Source of the DNA: a bacterium
GTDB lineage: Bacteria > Hinthialibacterota > Hinthialibacteria > Hinthialibacterales > Hinthialibacteraceae
NCBI GenBank assembly: GCA_963663405.2
Contig: CAXXSM010000070.1
Location: forward strand, 32,001-96,000
Reading direction: 5' to 3'
DNA: 64,000 bases
The position numbers and the translations under genes were made by a program. The notes beneath the pieces are model-generated. The model ran no database searches and had not been told where the DNA came from. It saw only the letters and a list, made by a program, of their open reading frames with translations. Shown here in pieces: positions 1 through 11,200 of this stretch; positions within the stretch are counted from its first letter, which is position 1; each line of letters begins with the position of its first letter.

Positions 1-276
1 GCTTAGATTCGCCATCCCCAGCTTTGCGCGGCTGAGATTGGCTCCGTTCAAGATGGCCCAGCGGAGATCGGCGCTGCGGAGATTGGCGCCACGCAGCGAG
101 GCTCCACTCAGATTCGCGTTTCGGAGGATCGCTCCCCGCAAATCCATGTTGTTGAGGTCGAGCCAGGAGAGATCGGCGCCGGATAGATCGAACATAGCGT
201 CCTGGTGTGTTTCTAGATAGGTCTTGATCGCGTCACAACCTTGTTTGACGATATCGATATGTTCAGCGTTTGCCAT
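1..276 (-). CDS. Pentapeptide repeat protein, N-terminal part (runs off the window edge)
   Basis: Manual translation MANAEHIDIVKQGCDAIKTYLETHQDAMFDLSGADLSWLDLNNMDLRGAILRNANLSGASLRGANLRSADL... shows A(D/N)Lxx repeats; G-rich RBS upstream; not in the ORF track because truncated. Confidence 0.9.
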   Translation of the reverse strand, partial: MANAEHIDIVKQGCDAIKTYLETHQDAMFDLSGADLSWLDLNNMDLRGAILRNANLSGASLRGANLRSADLRWAILNGANLSRAKLGMANLS

Positions 277-973
277 GGTTTATATTCCCCCCATTTCAGA
301 GTTCATTGGGATTGTATTATAGGTTGCGGGTGACCGTCTACTCTCTTCCAACACGCCGTCACGCATGGAAGAAGGGATTTTATATTTTATTATACAGACC
401 ATCAAAGGTTTTTATTTCAGCAGGTATTCGATAATCAGACTGTTTCGGGGGGATTGGATAATATATAAATTTTTCATCAGCTTTGGGCTGTGTGTGGTGG
501 GGGTGGGCTGTATTTTAAATACCTTTGGGCGCGGACATAAGAGGATCTGGATTGTTTTGAATCAGTTAATGTTGGCAGTAGGGTGCATTATTATTGCTAA
601 AACGATACAAAGTAATTATCCAAGGAACGGTTTGAGGATCGTTTGTCGATTTTATATTGGTGAGTAGATGGTTTAATGAGTGTCTATTAATGTTGAGGAA
701 TAGATTTGATGATGGGACTTTATTTGTGGCTTTGGTAATTGAAATTTAATTGATGCATATTTTATATATATTAATGGTTGTAGAATGATTTATTATGTAT
801 TAAGATAATATTATATATATCTATATTGGATTTAAGATTGTGTGATTCGATTAACTGTGTGTATGATTCGTGGATGATAAAGTATCGCGTTATTCATAAT
901 GAAAATAACGAGTATCTTAACATTAGGAACCAAACTGGGGATGATTGATTTGGTGAAAAGGAGTGTGAGGTCA

Positions 974-1369
974 ATGACGGAAGAAGTTAAATTTGAGATA
1001 TTAGTCCCATCACAAGATTCCGAAGTGATTCATGAGATAGCAAAAGAGCTTAAGGAAGGTCAAGAGAATCAGTGGTCTGTGGATATTGAAGTCCATAGAC
1101 CCATGCCGTTCAGCAATGATTCATCAGTGGGAACTCGATCAGTGGAGGCTTTCGAGGTGATCAATGTCGTTTTAGGTGTTGGCAATCTTGCCCTACTCTC
1201 CACCCAGATTGGCATGGCGGTCAATCAGGTATTAAAATCGCAAAGTGTCACTACAGAAGTGGTTGTTAAGAGAAAAATGAAAGGGAAAAAAAGAGTGCAG
1301 CATATCATTCTTAAGGTGGGGGACTCGATTGAAGATATAAAAATAAAAGTAAAATCTCTCTTTGAGTGA
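974..1369 (+). CDS. Small protein resembling EACC1 (effector-associated constant component 1)
   Basis: Track ORF 899..1369; better start ATG 974 after AGGAGTGTGAGG; pattern beta-helix-GTRS-hydrophobic hairpin (VINVVLGVGNLALLSTQIGMAV)-beta strands; overlaps the downstream caspase gene, the usual EACC1 context. Confidence 0.55.
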   Translation: MTEEVKFEILVPSQDSEVIHEIAKELKEGQENQWSVDIEVHRPMPFSNDSSVGTRSVEAFEVINVVLGVGNLALLSTQIGMAVNQVLKSQSVTTEVVVKRKMKGKKRVQHIILKVGDSIEDIKIKVKSLFE

Positions 1370-3252
1370 ATCTCCAATTATGCCGAAACAACCAGATGAA
1401 AATTCATCAAAATCTTTAGAATTTCTTAAGGCCGTTATTATAGGGATCGGTGGTTACCAGGAAGGTCCATTAATAAGTGTAGCCAACGATGCGATGCTGC
1501 TGACAGAAACATTCAGGCAAGTATGGCCTGAAAAGCAATGTGATATAACACCTCTTGTCTGGCCGTATTTCGCTGGCAATGTTAAGGATGACGGTCTAAT
1601 CCTGATGGCGCCGGATCCGATGCAAACCCGTGAGGCTTATACTCGATTCTGGAACAGCGAACCACCGGAAAACACGCGTCACGTCACAAAAGACGCGATT
1701 TTGCAAACCGTACTTAAAAAGGCTAAAGCAATTAATGATCAGGATACGTTTGTAATCTATTTTGGTGGTCATGGGATAGTAACAACTGGTGGAGAGGCAT
1801 GCCTTTCAGTTTTTATCGATGAACAAACTGATTCTGGAATAACCCTGCTTCCAATAAAAAAAATCTGTGAAACTGTCAGAGAGGCTAAATGCGCGAATTG
1901 TAATAAAGTAATGATTCTAGATTGCTGCCTTAATTTTGGTGAACTTCATAAGAAATCTATATTCCTGGAATTGCCTATGCCCACTAAGAAAGAATTGCTG
2001 GAGGCAGCGTCTGATTTCTTAGATAGCCTTCTCGATAGCGCCAAAGACTGGCATGTGCTTCTTTCTTGTTCCCCTGGACAAAAATCGTATGAAGATTTCG
2101 GTCGGGAAGGCCGTTATCATGGTATCTTCACGGTCGCGCTTGCTCAGGGATTGAAAGGATCCGCAAGAGTTGGAATTGGCGAACCAATTAGCTTACTGGA
2201 GTTAACGAATTATGTTCACCATCGTGTTCGTATGGATCCTATCGTCTTAAAGCATGAAGATATTGCGAAGAATCATCAAGCAAAATCAGGTGATTATGCA
2301 TGCAATGTCAGGGATACCGATCGGTGGAGTGAGAATCAGGAGTTTTCAAAGGATAAGAAAAATCGCGCCATTTTAGATGGTCAACACCCTATGTTATTAG
2401 CGCGAAAGGGTATCATTGGGGTAGAGCATCCATCATATTGGCGCCGAAACCCACTCGTCTAAAGACAGAAATGCGAAGAAAAAGACCTTCTAAGATGTTT
2501 TGGCGATTATTCAAGGATTATCTTTTTGGATCCTGGCCGATCGAGTTCTTTCATAAGAAAATGTTACAAGATGGGGGGGGCGCTACTATACGGAATGATT
2601 CTCCTACTCACTATGCAATGGTTTTTGCAATTGGGGGGAGTGGCAAGTTGGACAACTGCGATTGGTTGGGGATTATTAGGAGCTTTGTTGTGGTGGTTAT
2701 TTGTGCCTTTTGCCGTGGCGGCTAATGAAGATTGCTGGCATGCCGGTGGATATGTTACGAGTCTTTCATTCACGGCGCTTCATATTCTTCTGTGGTTTCG
2801 ACTTTGGATTCATATGTCCGGTTTGGATGGCGCTAAATGGAATGCAGAAACCATATTGTTGTGGAGTGGCGTTGAATTGTTTGTCCTATTGGCCATAGTC
2901 ATTGTATTCGGCTGCAATGGAGTTCAGGGAATGTTAGCGATCTCCGACAATATTCGCGAAGAACCGGATCGCCGTGATATCAGTGAAGCGTTGCGTGTTT
3001 TCCGCCATTTCCGAATGGGGCGCAGTACGGATGCGAAACTCAGCAATTTGATTGCCATGGTCAGCGCAAGTCCAAGAGTGTATTACATTTTATTGGGATT
3101 CTTTTCTCTTGGTTTGGTGGCTACTGCAATTCTCTATCTGTACTTTTTTCGGAACAACCATATTTATGGATTCCTATACTCAGAAATGGAATTGTTTTAG
3201 TACTCTGTTTTTGGTTTACATTCTGGTACAATGCGGCCTTTCAATATTTTGA
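1362..3252 (+). CDS. Caspase-like peptidase (C14) fused to a multi-pass membrane domain; split by frameshifts (track ORFs 1362..2462, 2438..2725, 2526..3200, 3052..3252)
   Basis: Motifs AVIIGIGGY..VANDA, YFGGHG (His), MILDCC (Cys), LLSCSPGQKSYE, HGIFTVALAQGL; overlapping ORFs join near 2440 and at the G8 run 2573-2580 into several hydrophobic segments. Confidence 0.8.
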
Positions 3253-3275
3253 GAGATATGTAGGGTGATCGGGAC

Positions 3276-3794
3276 ATGAAAAAACGTATAACTCATCTTA
3301 TTGCAGTGGCTCATACACAGTGGCAGATTGGTTTATCGTTTCTTGGTATGGTGATATTATGCATTTACTGGCGCAGCTGGAAGGATATCCCTCATCTCCT
3401 CTACGATATTCCGTCTGGCTTTATAATGAGCGCGTTCATCGCTCAACTTATCTGCCAAGCCTGCACGGGAGATTTTTCACCAAAATGGTGGGGCCGTCTA
3501 ACGGCTATGATTCCAATGAGTATCGTGCCAACAGGGAGAGAATTTCTCGATTGGCAGATATCGGGCCACCTGACGGATATGTTAGCGGTTGCATTGATCC
3601 AGGGTTTGGACCGTGAATGTTCTGTATGGGAGAGAATAGGTTATTCTATCCCCCTTCCGATTGTGTTATACATTCGGCTTACAATCTTTGATCAACCTGG
3701 CCATATGGAGACGATTTCCGCCATTTGTGTGGGAACCTTTATTTTCTTTCTAGCTAAAGGAGGCGAAATCTACGCAAATTGGAGAACACAGTGA
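3276..3794 (+). CDS. Uncharacterised membrane protein (about 4-5 TM segments)
   Basis: 172-aa hydrophobic ORF directly downstream of and co-oriented with the caspase gene; contains ISGH. Confidence 0.7.
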   Translation: MKKRITHLIAVAHTQWQIGLSFLGMVILCIYWRSWKDIPHLLYDIPSGFIMSAFIAQLICQACTGDFSPKWWGRLTAMIPMSIVPTGREFLDWQISGHLTDMLAVALIQGLDRECSVWERIGYSIPLPIVLYIRLTIFDQPGHMETISAICVGTFIFFLAKGGEIYANWRTQ

Positions 3795-3939
3795 ATAAAT
3801 CAACTGGATATCTTCGATGGCTATTTTTAAGTATTTATCAGTGATTTGTGTGAATTATTAATTTGTCAATATTTTATTTCTCTCATTTTTATTCTGTGTG
3901 TAGAAATGATATCAGCTTTCTCTATACCTTGCCAATTTA

Positions 3940-5917
3940 GGCTCTTCGCTGAATCGAGTGGGTAGATTTGGGGAAGGCTTTCCTCCATCCTCCCGAAGAT
4001 ATATCGCTTACGTACCAATCCCGACGAGATAAACTAACAAGAAGGGCGGTGCTAGACCGTCCTTCGACAGTCTTCTTGGTCAGCACTCAGTTCGCGTCCC
4101 CGCAAGGTCCGATCCTCCGCCCAGGCTAAAGGCAAAGATCCCAATCCCAAGAGAGAGAGAGAGAGAGAAGGAAGAGAATGAAGAACCAAGAATTATTCCG
4201 GTTAGCGTTAGGTTTGAGTGAGCCATGGCAGGTCGTCCAGCCGAGTTTCCTGAGGAAGAAAAAACCTTGCACCTCACGCTGGACTTTCCCGAGGGGAGTC
4301 TGTTTCCCTGTCCCGAATGCGGGAACCTGTGTGGAGTGCATGATACGAAACGACGCACTTGGAGGCATCTGAATTTCTTTCAGTATGAGACGTATTTACA
4401 CGCCCGGCAACCTCGTGTGAAATGTCCCAATCATAAAGTCAAGACAGTGAATCTTCCCTGGGCCCGTCCGGGGGCGGGATTTACGTTGTTATTTGAAGCG
4501 TTGGTCATGGCACTGGCGGAGAATGGGATGACGGCCAATGCGATCAGCCGAGTGGTCGGAGAATATGACACGCTGATTTGGCGAGTGCTGACTCATTATG
4601 TGATGGACGCGCGAGAGAGGGAGGATTTTTCGGGAGTGAAGGCGGTGGGGGTGGATGAGACCTCAAAGGCCAAAGGGCACAATTATGTCAGCGTATTCAT
4701 GGATTTGGACGAGCGCAGCGTGATGTTTGCCACCGATGGAAAGGACGCTCAAACGGTGGGGGCGTTCAAAGAGGATTTAGAGACGCATAACGGAAAGGCG
4801 GAGCAGGTGGAGGAATTTTGTTTGGATATGTCCCAGGCGTTTCAATCCGGGATTGAAGCCAATTTCCCGGCCGCCGAAATGACATTTGATGAATACCACC
4901 TGATGAGGATTATCAATCAAGCTGTGGACGAAGTGCGCAAACAAGACCAAGCGATTTATCCCGAATTATTGAAGGGGACGAAGTATATTTGGCTGAAGAA
5001 TGAATGGAATCTCACGGACAAGCAAGAGAGAAACGGAACGAAATTTTTCAAGATGTACGAGGGAGCAAATTGAAGACGGTGAAAGCCTACCATCTGCGAT
5101 CCGTGTTCCAAGACGTGTTTTCGTTCGACGATCCGGAGGAGGGGAATCGTTTCTTAAAAAGTGGTATTATTGGGCGACTCACAGCCGGATTGAGCCTATG
5201 ATCAAGGCCGCGAAAACGATCAAGGAGCACTGGGCTGGTGTGGTGCGTTGGTTTACTTCGCGAATCAACAATGGTCTGTTGGAGGGATGAATAGCCTGAT
5301 CCAAGCCGCCAAGGCCCGTGCGAGAGGCTATCGCAACGTCAACAATTTAATCACTACCATCTATTTGATTGGAAGCAAGTTGGAATTCAATCTTCCCAAG
5401 GTTCTTCCCTCGCCCCACACGAAATAGTAATACGGCTTGAATCGTTCCCGTTTCTGCAGGCAAGCCGCCAAACTAAGCAAAAGACACCGGATGAAACGGC
5501 TGAGTCTCTCCGGTCTGCGATTCATGATCAGTAATCCGAACGAGTGAGGGCTTGTGGATTCTGCCATCTTATGGACAAACCGCCGATACTCTGGGTGAGA
5601 AGAGAAAGTTCCTGCCGGTTTGCCCACAAGATTTGGACAGCCACCTGCGAAAGATTAGGGGGAATGAGAAAGATTATTGAGGCGCCTGACCACAGACTCC
5701 ACAAGCATGCGGCACATAAAGATATGGTTCTTTTTTCTTCGATAAAATCCAGACCCGCAAACGGATCGATGGAGGGCAATCCTACTGCAAAATACTTGTC
5801 GCTTAACAGATATCGAAACGTCTACAAGTTGATCGTAACCATCTGTTTGGCAGAGGAAAATTGGAATGTAATCTTCTCGAGGTTCTACCCTCTACCCACA
5901 TGAAATAGCGAAGAGGC
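3940..5917 (+). mobile_element. ISL3-family insertion sequence, complete, about 1.98 kb
   Basis: IRL GGCTCTTCGCTGAATCGAGTGGGTAGA (from 3940); IRR TCTACCCACATGAAATAGCGAAGAGGC (5891-5917); 8-bp target duplication CCAATTTA at 3932-3939 and 5918-5925. Confidence 0.92.
4178..5427 (+). CDS. ISL3-family transposase (frameshifted)
   Basis: MKNQELFRLALGLSEPW, zinc finger CPECG, WRHLNFFQ, VGVDETS, CLDMS, INNGLLEG.NSLIQAAKARARGYRN; pieces in several frames. Confidence 0.92.
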
Positions 5918-5922
5918 CCAAT

Positions 5923-8043
5923 TTATTCTTCCACCCCAATGCGTTTTAAGAATGGGCTGAAGGAGCGTTCGCGGCCTAAGAAGGCGTGGATGGATTCGTT
6001 GACGTCGCGGGAATCGCCTACCTCGTAGATTTCTTTTCGGAGGCGCATGCCAGCTTCGGTGTCGAGATAGCCGTTGGGGGCGTTTTCGAATACCGTCGCC
6101 ATGTCGGCGGCGATTACATCGGCCCAGGCGTAGCCGTAATATCCCGCGTCGTAGCCCATCAAGTGTCCGAAGTAGGAGACGAAGGAGGTGTCATCGGGAA
6201 CGGGAAGGAAGACTTTTGTAAGAATCGCATTGGATTCTTTAACGATATCCATTTCAGGATCGTATTCGCTGTGAAGCGTGATGTCGAGAAGCCCGAAGGA
6301 GAGTTGGCGGCGGTAAAATGTACCAATTGTCGCGCGGTCGGATTCGATGATCCGCTCAAGGACATCCGAAGGGAATTTCTTGGATGGATCGCGGTAATCC
6401 GCCGCGAATGAATCGAGAACGGCTTTGCTCTCCAACCAGTATTCCAACGTTTGAGAGGGAACCTCTACGAAATCGCGTGGCACGTTGGTTCCTGAAAACG
6501 CGGTAAACTCGGCGCGGTTAGAATTGTGTGGAGGCAATGGGCCGAATTCGTGGAATAACGTGACGACGTTGTCATAGGTCAGCAGGGAAGGCCGGTCTCC
6601 ACTGGGGGGAGGGAAGTTGCAGATTAACGCCGCTGTGGGGCGTTGGTAAATGTTGTTCTTCATCCGTTTCCCTGAGATGATACCGAATTGTGCGAAGTGG
6701 TTGAACTTGCCTTCGCGGGGGAACATATCGAGGTAAGCCAATCCAAGAGGTTCGCCGGTTTGGGCGTCTGAAATCACGTGGAGTGAAACGTCCTCATGCC
6801 AGCGGGAGGGGGGATCGACTTCTTCGATTTTAAGGCCGAAGATGGTTTCGTAAACGTTGAACATGCCCTCAAGCGTTTTTTCGTAGGGAAATAGACCTTG
6901 AGCGCTTCGGTGTCGACGGAGTAATTTTCTTTCATTAACTGATTGCGGTAGTAGCGCCAATCCACCAATGGATGGGTGGATTCTCTTCGCCTGTATCTTT
7001 GGCTTTTAGAGCGGCGAATGCGGCCAATTCTTTTCGAATTTCGGTTGGAGGCGCTGATAGAGATCGTTGAGGAATTCCTTGACGGTTTCGCCATTTTTCG
7101 CCATGCGCACTTCGGTTTGGTAATCGGCCCAGGTCTTGTATCCAAGTTTTTTAGCGATTGTGTCACGCAGGCCGATCACTTTTTCCAGGATGGGGAGATT
7201 CTCTTCCTTGGCGAGGGTGAAACGGGCGTGGAAGAGTTTTTTGCGGGTGGATTCCTTTTTGGTGTTATCCATGACCGTCGTGAAGTGCCAAGTGATGTTG
7301 GCCATGACGGTGTATTCGTCCTCGCCTGTTTTGATTCCTTCCTGGTTGAGGAAACTTTCAGGAACGCCTTCGAGATCCTCCAATGTGAAGAGAAGAGGAT
7401 GAGAGGCGTTGTTAATATTCATCCGGAAATCCAACGCCAGCGCCGCAAGTGTCTTTTTCAATTCTTCCAATTCCTGCCGTTCTTCTTTCGGCAGATCGAA
7501 GCCCAGCCGTTGGTATTCGCGAACCGTTTCTTTCAGGAATTTCGCTCGTTCACCCGTCAATTTTGGATTCGTCTCCGCGTAGGCTTTGATGGCTTTGTAT
7601 ACGTCTTCGCGGTATTGAAAGCCAACGTACCACTCTTGGAATTTCTTAACGGCTTGCGCCGCCGCGCCGCGAAGTGATTCGCTGGGGGCGGTTTCTTTAA
7701 TCAAATAAATGCGGCTCAGTTCCGAATCGAGCGTAAAGGAAAGATCGTCCAAGGCGCGGAGGGTTGAATCGAATGTAACCTTTGAAAGGTCCTGCTGAGC
7801 GATTGTGTCGCCTGCTTTCTCCGCGTCTGCGATCGCTTGATCGATGACCTTATGGACTTCCTCTTCCGCCGTTTCGAATGTTGGCGCGGTCAACTGAGAT
7901 TGGAACGCTTTCGCTTTTTCCTGATAGGATTTGAGTTTTTTCGAAACCGTTCCCGCTTCCGCCATGAGAACACCGGCGCCGATGATTGTGGCGAAGCCGA
8001 TGTGAAGTACCATTAAAGAACCGTCTAAACCAAAGATTTTCAT
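5923..8043 (-). CDS. M3 family metallopeptidase (thimet oligopeptidase-like), frameshifted
   Basis: YLDMFPREGKFNH, FHEFG(H), PRDFVEVPSQ, GYDAGYYGYAW; two track ORFs; local compensating indels restore HEFGHCLHTILTR. Confidence 0.92.
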
Positions 8044-8292
8044 AAGTTGTATCCTTTTTCGAATAAGAATGGATCAAATGCGATCTTATTAGTATGGCTT
8101 CAATTGGGGAGATCATCCAGAGATACTAGACCAGCTCCTGGCGCTTGCGCCTGTGTGAAAATGTTGGGTAATATATTCACGGGCGGGACGCCCGCGGTCC
8201 ATTCCTCGTTGTTGATTCCCTATTTTTACAATATATTATTTGTAATATTTAGATTGTGTTAAGAATCATAAATACTGTGGGGATAAGAATAT

Positions 8293-11200
8293 ATGATGAG
8301 AATTCAGTTTTTTCAAGCCGATCTGAGGATGGGATTGTTTGTTTTTTCGAGTTATTTATTATGGATTATTGGGCTTGCGGCATTAGTGGTGAATCCTGTC
8401 TGGGGGCAGGTGATGATCAATGAGATTCATTACGATCCTGACCGGGCGACGGATTTGGTGGAATTTGTGGAATTGTACAACGCGGGTGAGGAGGATGTGG
8501 ATCTGTCAGGATGGTCGATTGGGGATGCGATCGCATTCACATTTCCAGATTCGACGGTGCTCGCCGCAGGTTCTTATCTGGTTGTGGCGATGGACCGGGC
8601 GGCGTTGATTTCGAAATATACTGTTTCCTCAAGTTTCGTTGTGGGACCGTTTGAAGGACGGCTTGATAATGATGGAGAGAATGTTGAACTCCGGGATGGC
8701 AGCGGAAGTTTGGTGGATCAGGTGGATTATTCGCTCGGATTTCCATGGCCGACCGTGGGGGAGCCGATCTCGGAAAACCAGCCTGGGACGGGATTTTCGA
8801 TTCAATTAATCAATCCTGATCTTGATAATGATCTGGGGGGGAGCTGGCGTTCAGCGTCTCCCACACCGGGGACGGTGAATTCTGTTTTCGTGGAGAACGC
8901 GCCTCCATTGATCCGGCAGGTTCTTCATACTCCTGAAGAGCCTGTCTCTGGGGAGACGGTCTTCATCACAGCTAAGATCACCGATTCGGATGGGGTTGAT
9001 CGCGTACAGTTGCTCTATCAACTGGTTGATCCCGGCGATTACATTCATATTACGGATGGACGATATCAGACGGATTGGACAGAGATTGAGATGCGGGATG
9101 ATGGAATTGAGGGGGATGAGATCGCTGGAGACGCGGTGTATACAGTGGCGCTGCCTCCTTCGTTTCAGGTTCATCGGCGGCTTGTGCGGTACCGAATTAC
9201 GATGTCGGATACGGCGGGTTTGGAATTAACGGTTCCCTACGCGGATGATCCGCAGCCGAATTTTGCTTATTTTGTCTATGACGGTGTGCCGGATTGGATT
9301 GGAGCTGTTCGTCCGGGGGTTACCGCTGAAGAGACGTATCCTTCGGAGATGTTGAGTTCACTGCCGGTCTATCATTTGATTACCAGCAAAGAGGAGGCGG
9401 AGAATTGCACGTGGCTGGATCAATTTTCCCATAATGAATATGTCTATACGGGCACGATTGTCTATGGTTCGCAGGTGCTCGATCATGTCTTTTTCCGGGC
9501 GCGTGGGGGGACGTGGCGTTTCGCGATGGGAAAGAATATGTGGAAATTCAATTTCAACCGGGGCCATACTCTTCAAGCGCGGGATATTTATGGAAACAAA
9601 TACAGTGTGGAGTGGGATAAACTGAATCTCGGCGCGTGCATTCAACAGGGCGACTATCTGCACCGGGGGGAACAGGGGATGTTTGAAGCGGTGGGATTCC
9701 GGTTATTTAATCTGGCGGGAGTCGAAGCCCCGAATACGCACTACATCCATTTCCGGATCATTGACGAAGCGCATGAAGATGGACGGCTCAATGTCAGTCA
9801 TTCGCCCTTGACGGATAGTGGAACGCAGTACGATGGCGACTTTTGGGGATTGTATCTAGCGACGGAACAGATTGACGGCCGTTTTTTGGAAGAGCATGGC
9901 ATGGCGGACGGGAATCTGTATAAGATGGAAAACGGAACGGGCGAGTTGAAGAATCAAGCCCCAACGGGCGTGAGTGACAAGTCCGATCTCAACGCGTTCA
10001 TGCGTGGGTATTCTTCGAGACCCGATGAGCAGTGGTGGCGGGAGAATGTGGATCTGAAACAGTATTACCCGTATCGCGCCATCCTCGAAGCGATTCACCA
10101 CTACGATAATGGATATGGGAAAAACTACTATTATCATCTCGATCCCGAAACGCAGATTTGGACTCAACTGCCATGGGATATTGACCTGACTTGGGCGGAT
10201 AATATGTTCGGGAATGGGAACGAACCGTTCAATGACGCGGGATTGCTTCGAATCGAAGCGTTGGGGATCGAATATCAAAACCGGCTGCGGGAGATTCGCG
10301 ATCTGCTCTACAATCCCGATCAGACGGGGCAGCTCATCGACGAATACGCGTCGCTGATCTATACACCTGGTGAATTATCCTTTGTCGACGCCGACCGGGC
10401 GATGTGGGATTACCATTGGGTGATGAGTGACGAGGCGAATTGGGCGGGTTATAAAAACAGGTATGGAAAATCGGGGCAGGGAAGGTTCTATCAAATAGCG
10501 GCGACGAAAGATTTTCCAGGAATGATGAAAATCATGAAGGATTATGTCGTCTCAAGGGGGGAATGGATCGATACCCGTCTGATTCGTGATTCCCAGATCC
10601 CCGATACGCCTGTCGTGACGGCTGGATCTTCGAATGATTATTCGCTCGATTCCCTTGTGTTTGAAACGAGTCCATTCAGCGATCCGCAGGGGGCTGATAC
10701 GTTCGCCGCTTTGCAGTGGCGCATCGCTGAGGTGGAACCAGACGCGCAATCCTGGGAAGCGCCGGTTGAGGAAGAGGGCGATGTGCTGATTCTAGACGCT
10801 TCTACATGGAAATATTTCAAAGGGACAGAGGAACCTTCCAATCCGGTGAGCGCATGGCGTGAATTGTCGTTTGATGATTCCAACTGGATGGAGGGCCAGA
10901 CACCAATCGGGTATGGGGAGGATTTTATGATCACCCAGCTCGATGATATGCGATATAACTATTCAACCGTGTATTTACGGAAAGAATTTGAAATTACGGA
11001 TCTCGATTCCATCGGTTCATTAACGCTGCAGGTTCTGTTCGATGATGGATTTAACCTTTGGATCAATGGAAGACACGTTGCGCAGGCCAATGTTAACGAG
11101 GCGGAACTTCCATTTGACGCTGTCGCGACTCACCGGGAGGATCTGACGTTCGCCGATTTCCCATTATCCAACCCGAAAACGTATCTTGTGGAAGGGACGA

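Noticed and set aside
38-220. 60-aa plus-strand ORF
   Set aside because: Antisense to the pentapeptide repeat gene
365-667. 100-aa ORF in the AT-rich spacer
   Set aside because: No recognisable motif or convincing RBS; probably chance
5544-5903. 119-aa ORF as an IS passenger gene
   Set aside because: GTG start, no family resemblance, overlaps the hairpin region and the IRR; unsupported
6510-6555. M3 peptidase with an apparently mutated HExxH (HEFGP)
   Set aside because: Compensating single-base indels restore HEFGHCLHTILTR; likely sequencing error
6976-7677. 233-aa plus-strand ORF and many similar overlapping track ORFs
   Set aside because: Antisense or off-frame shadows of well-supported genes
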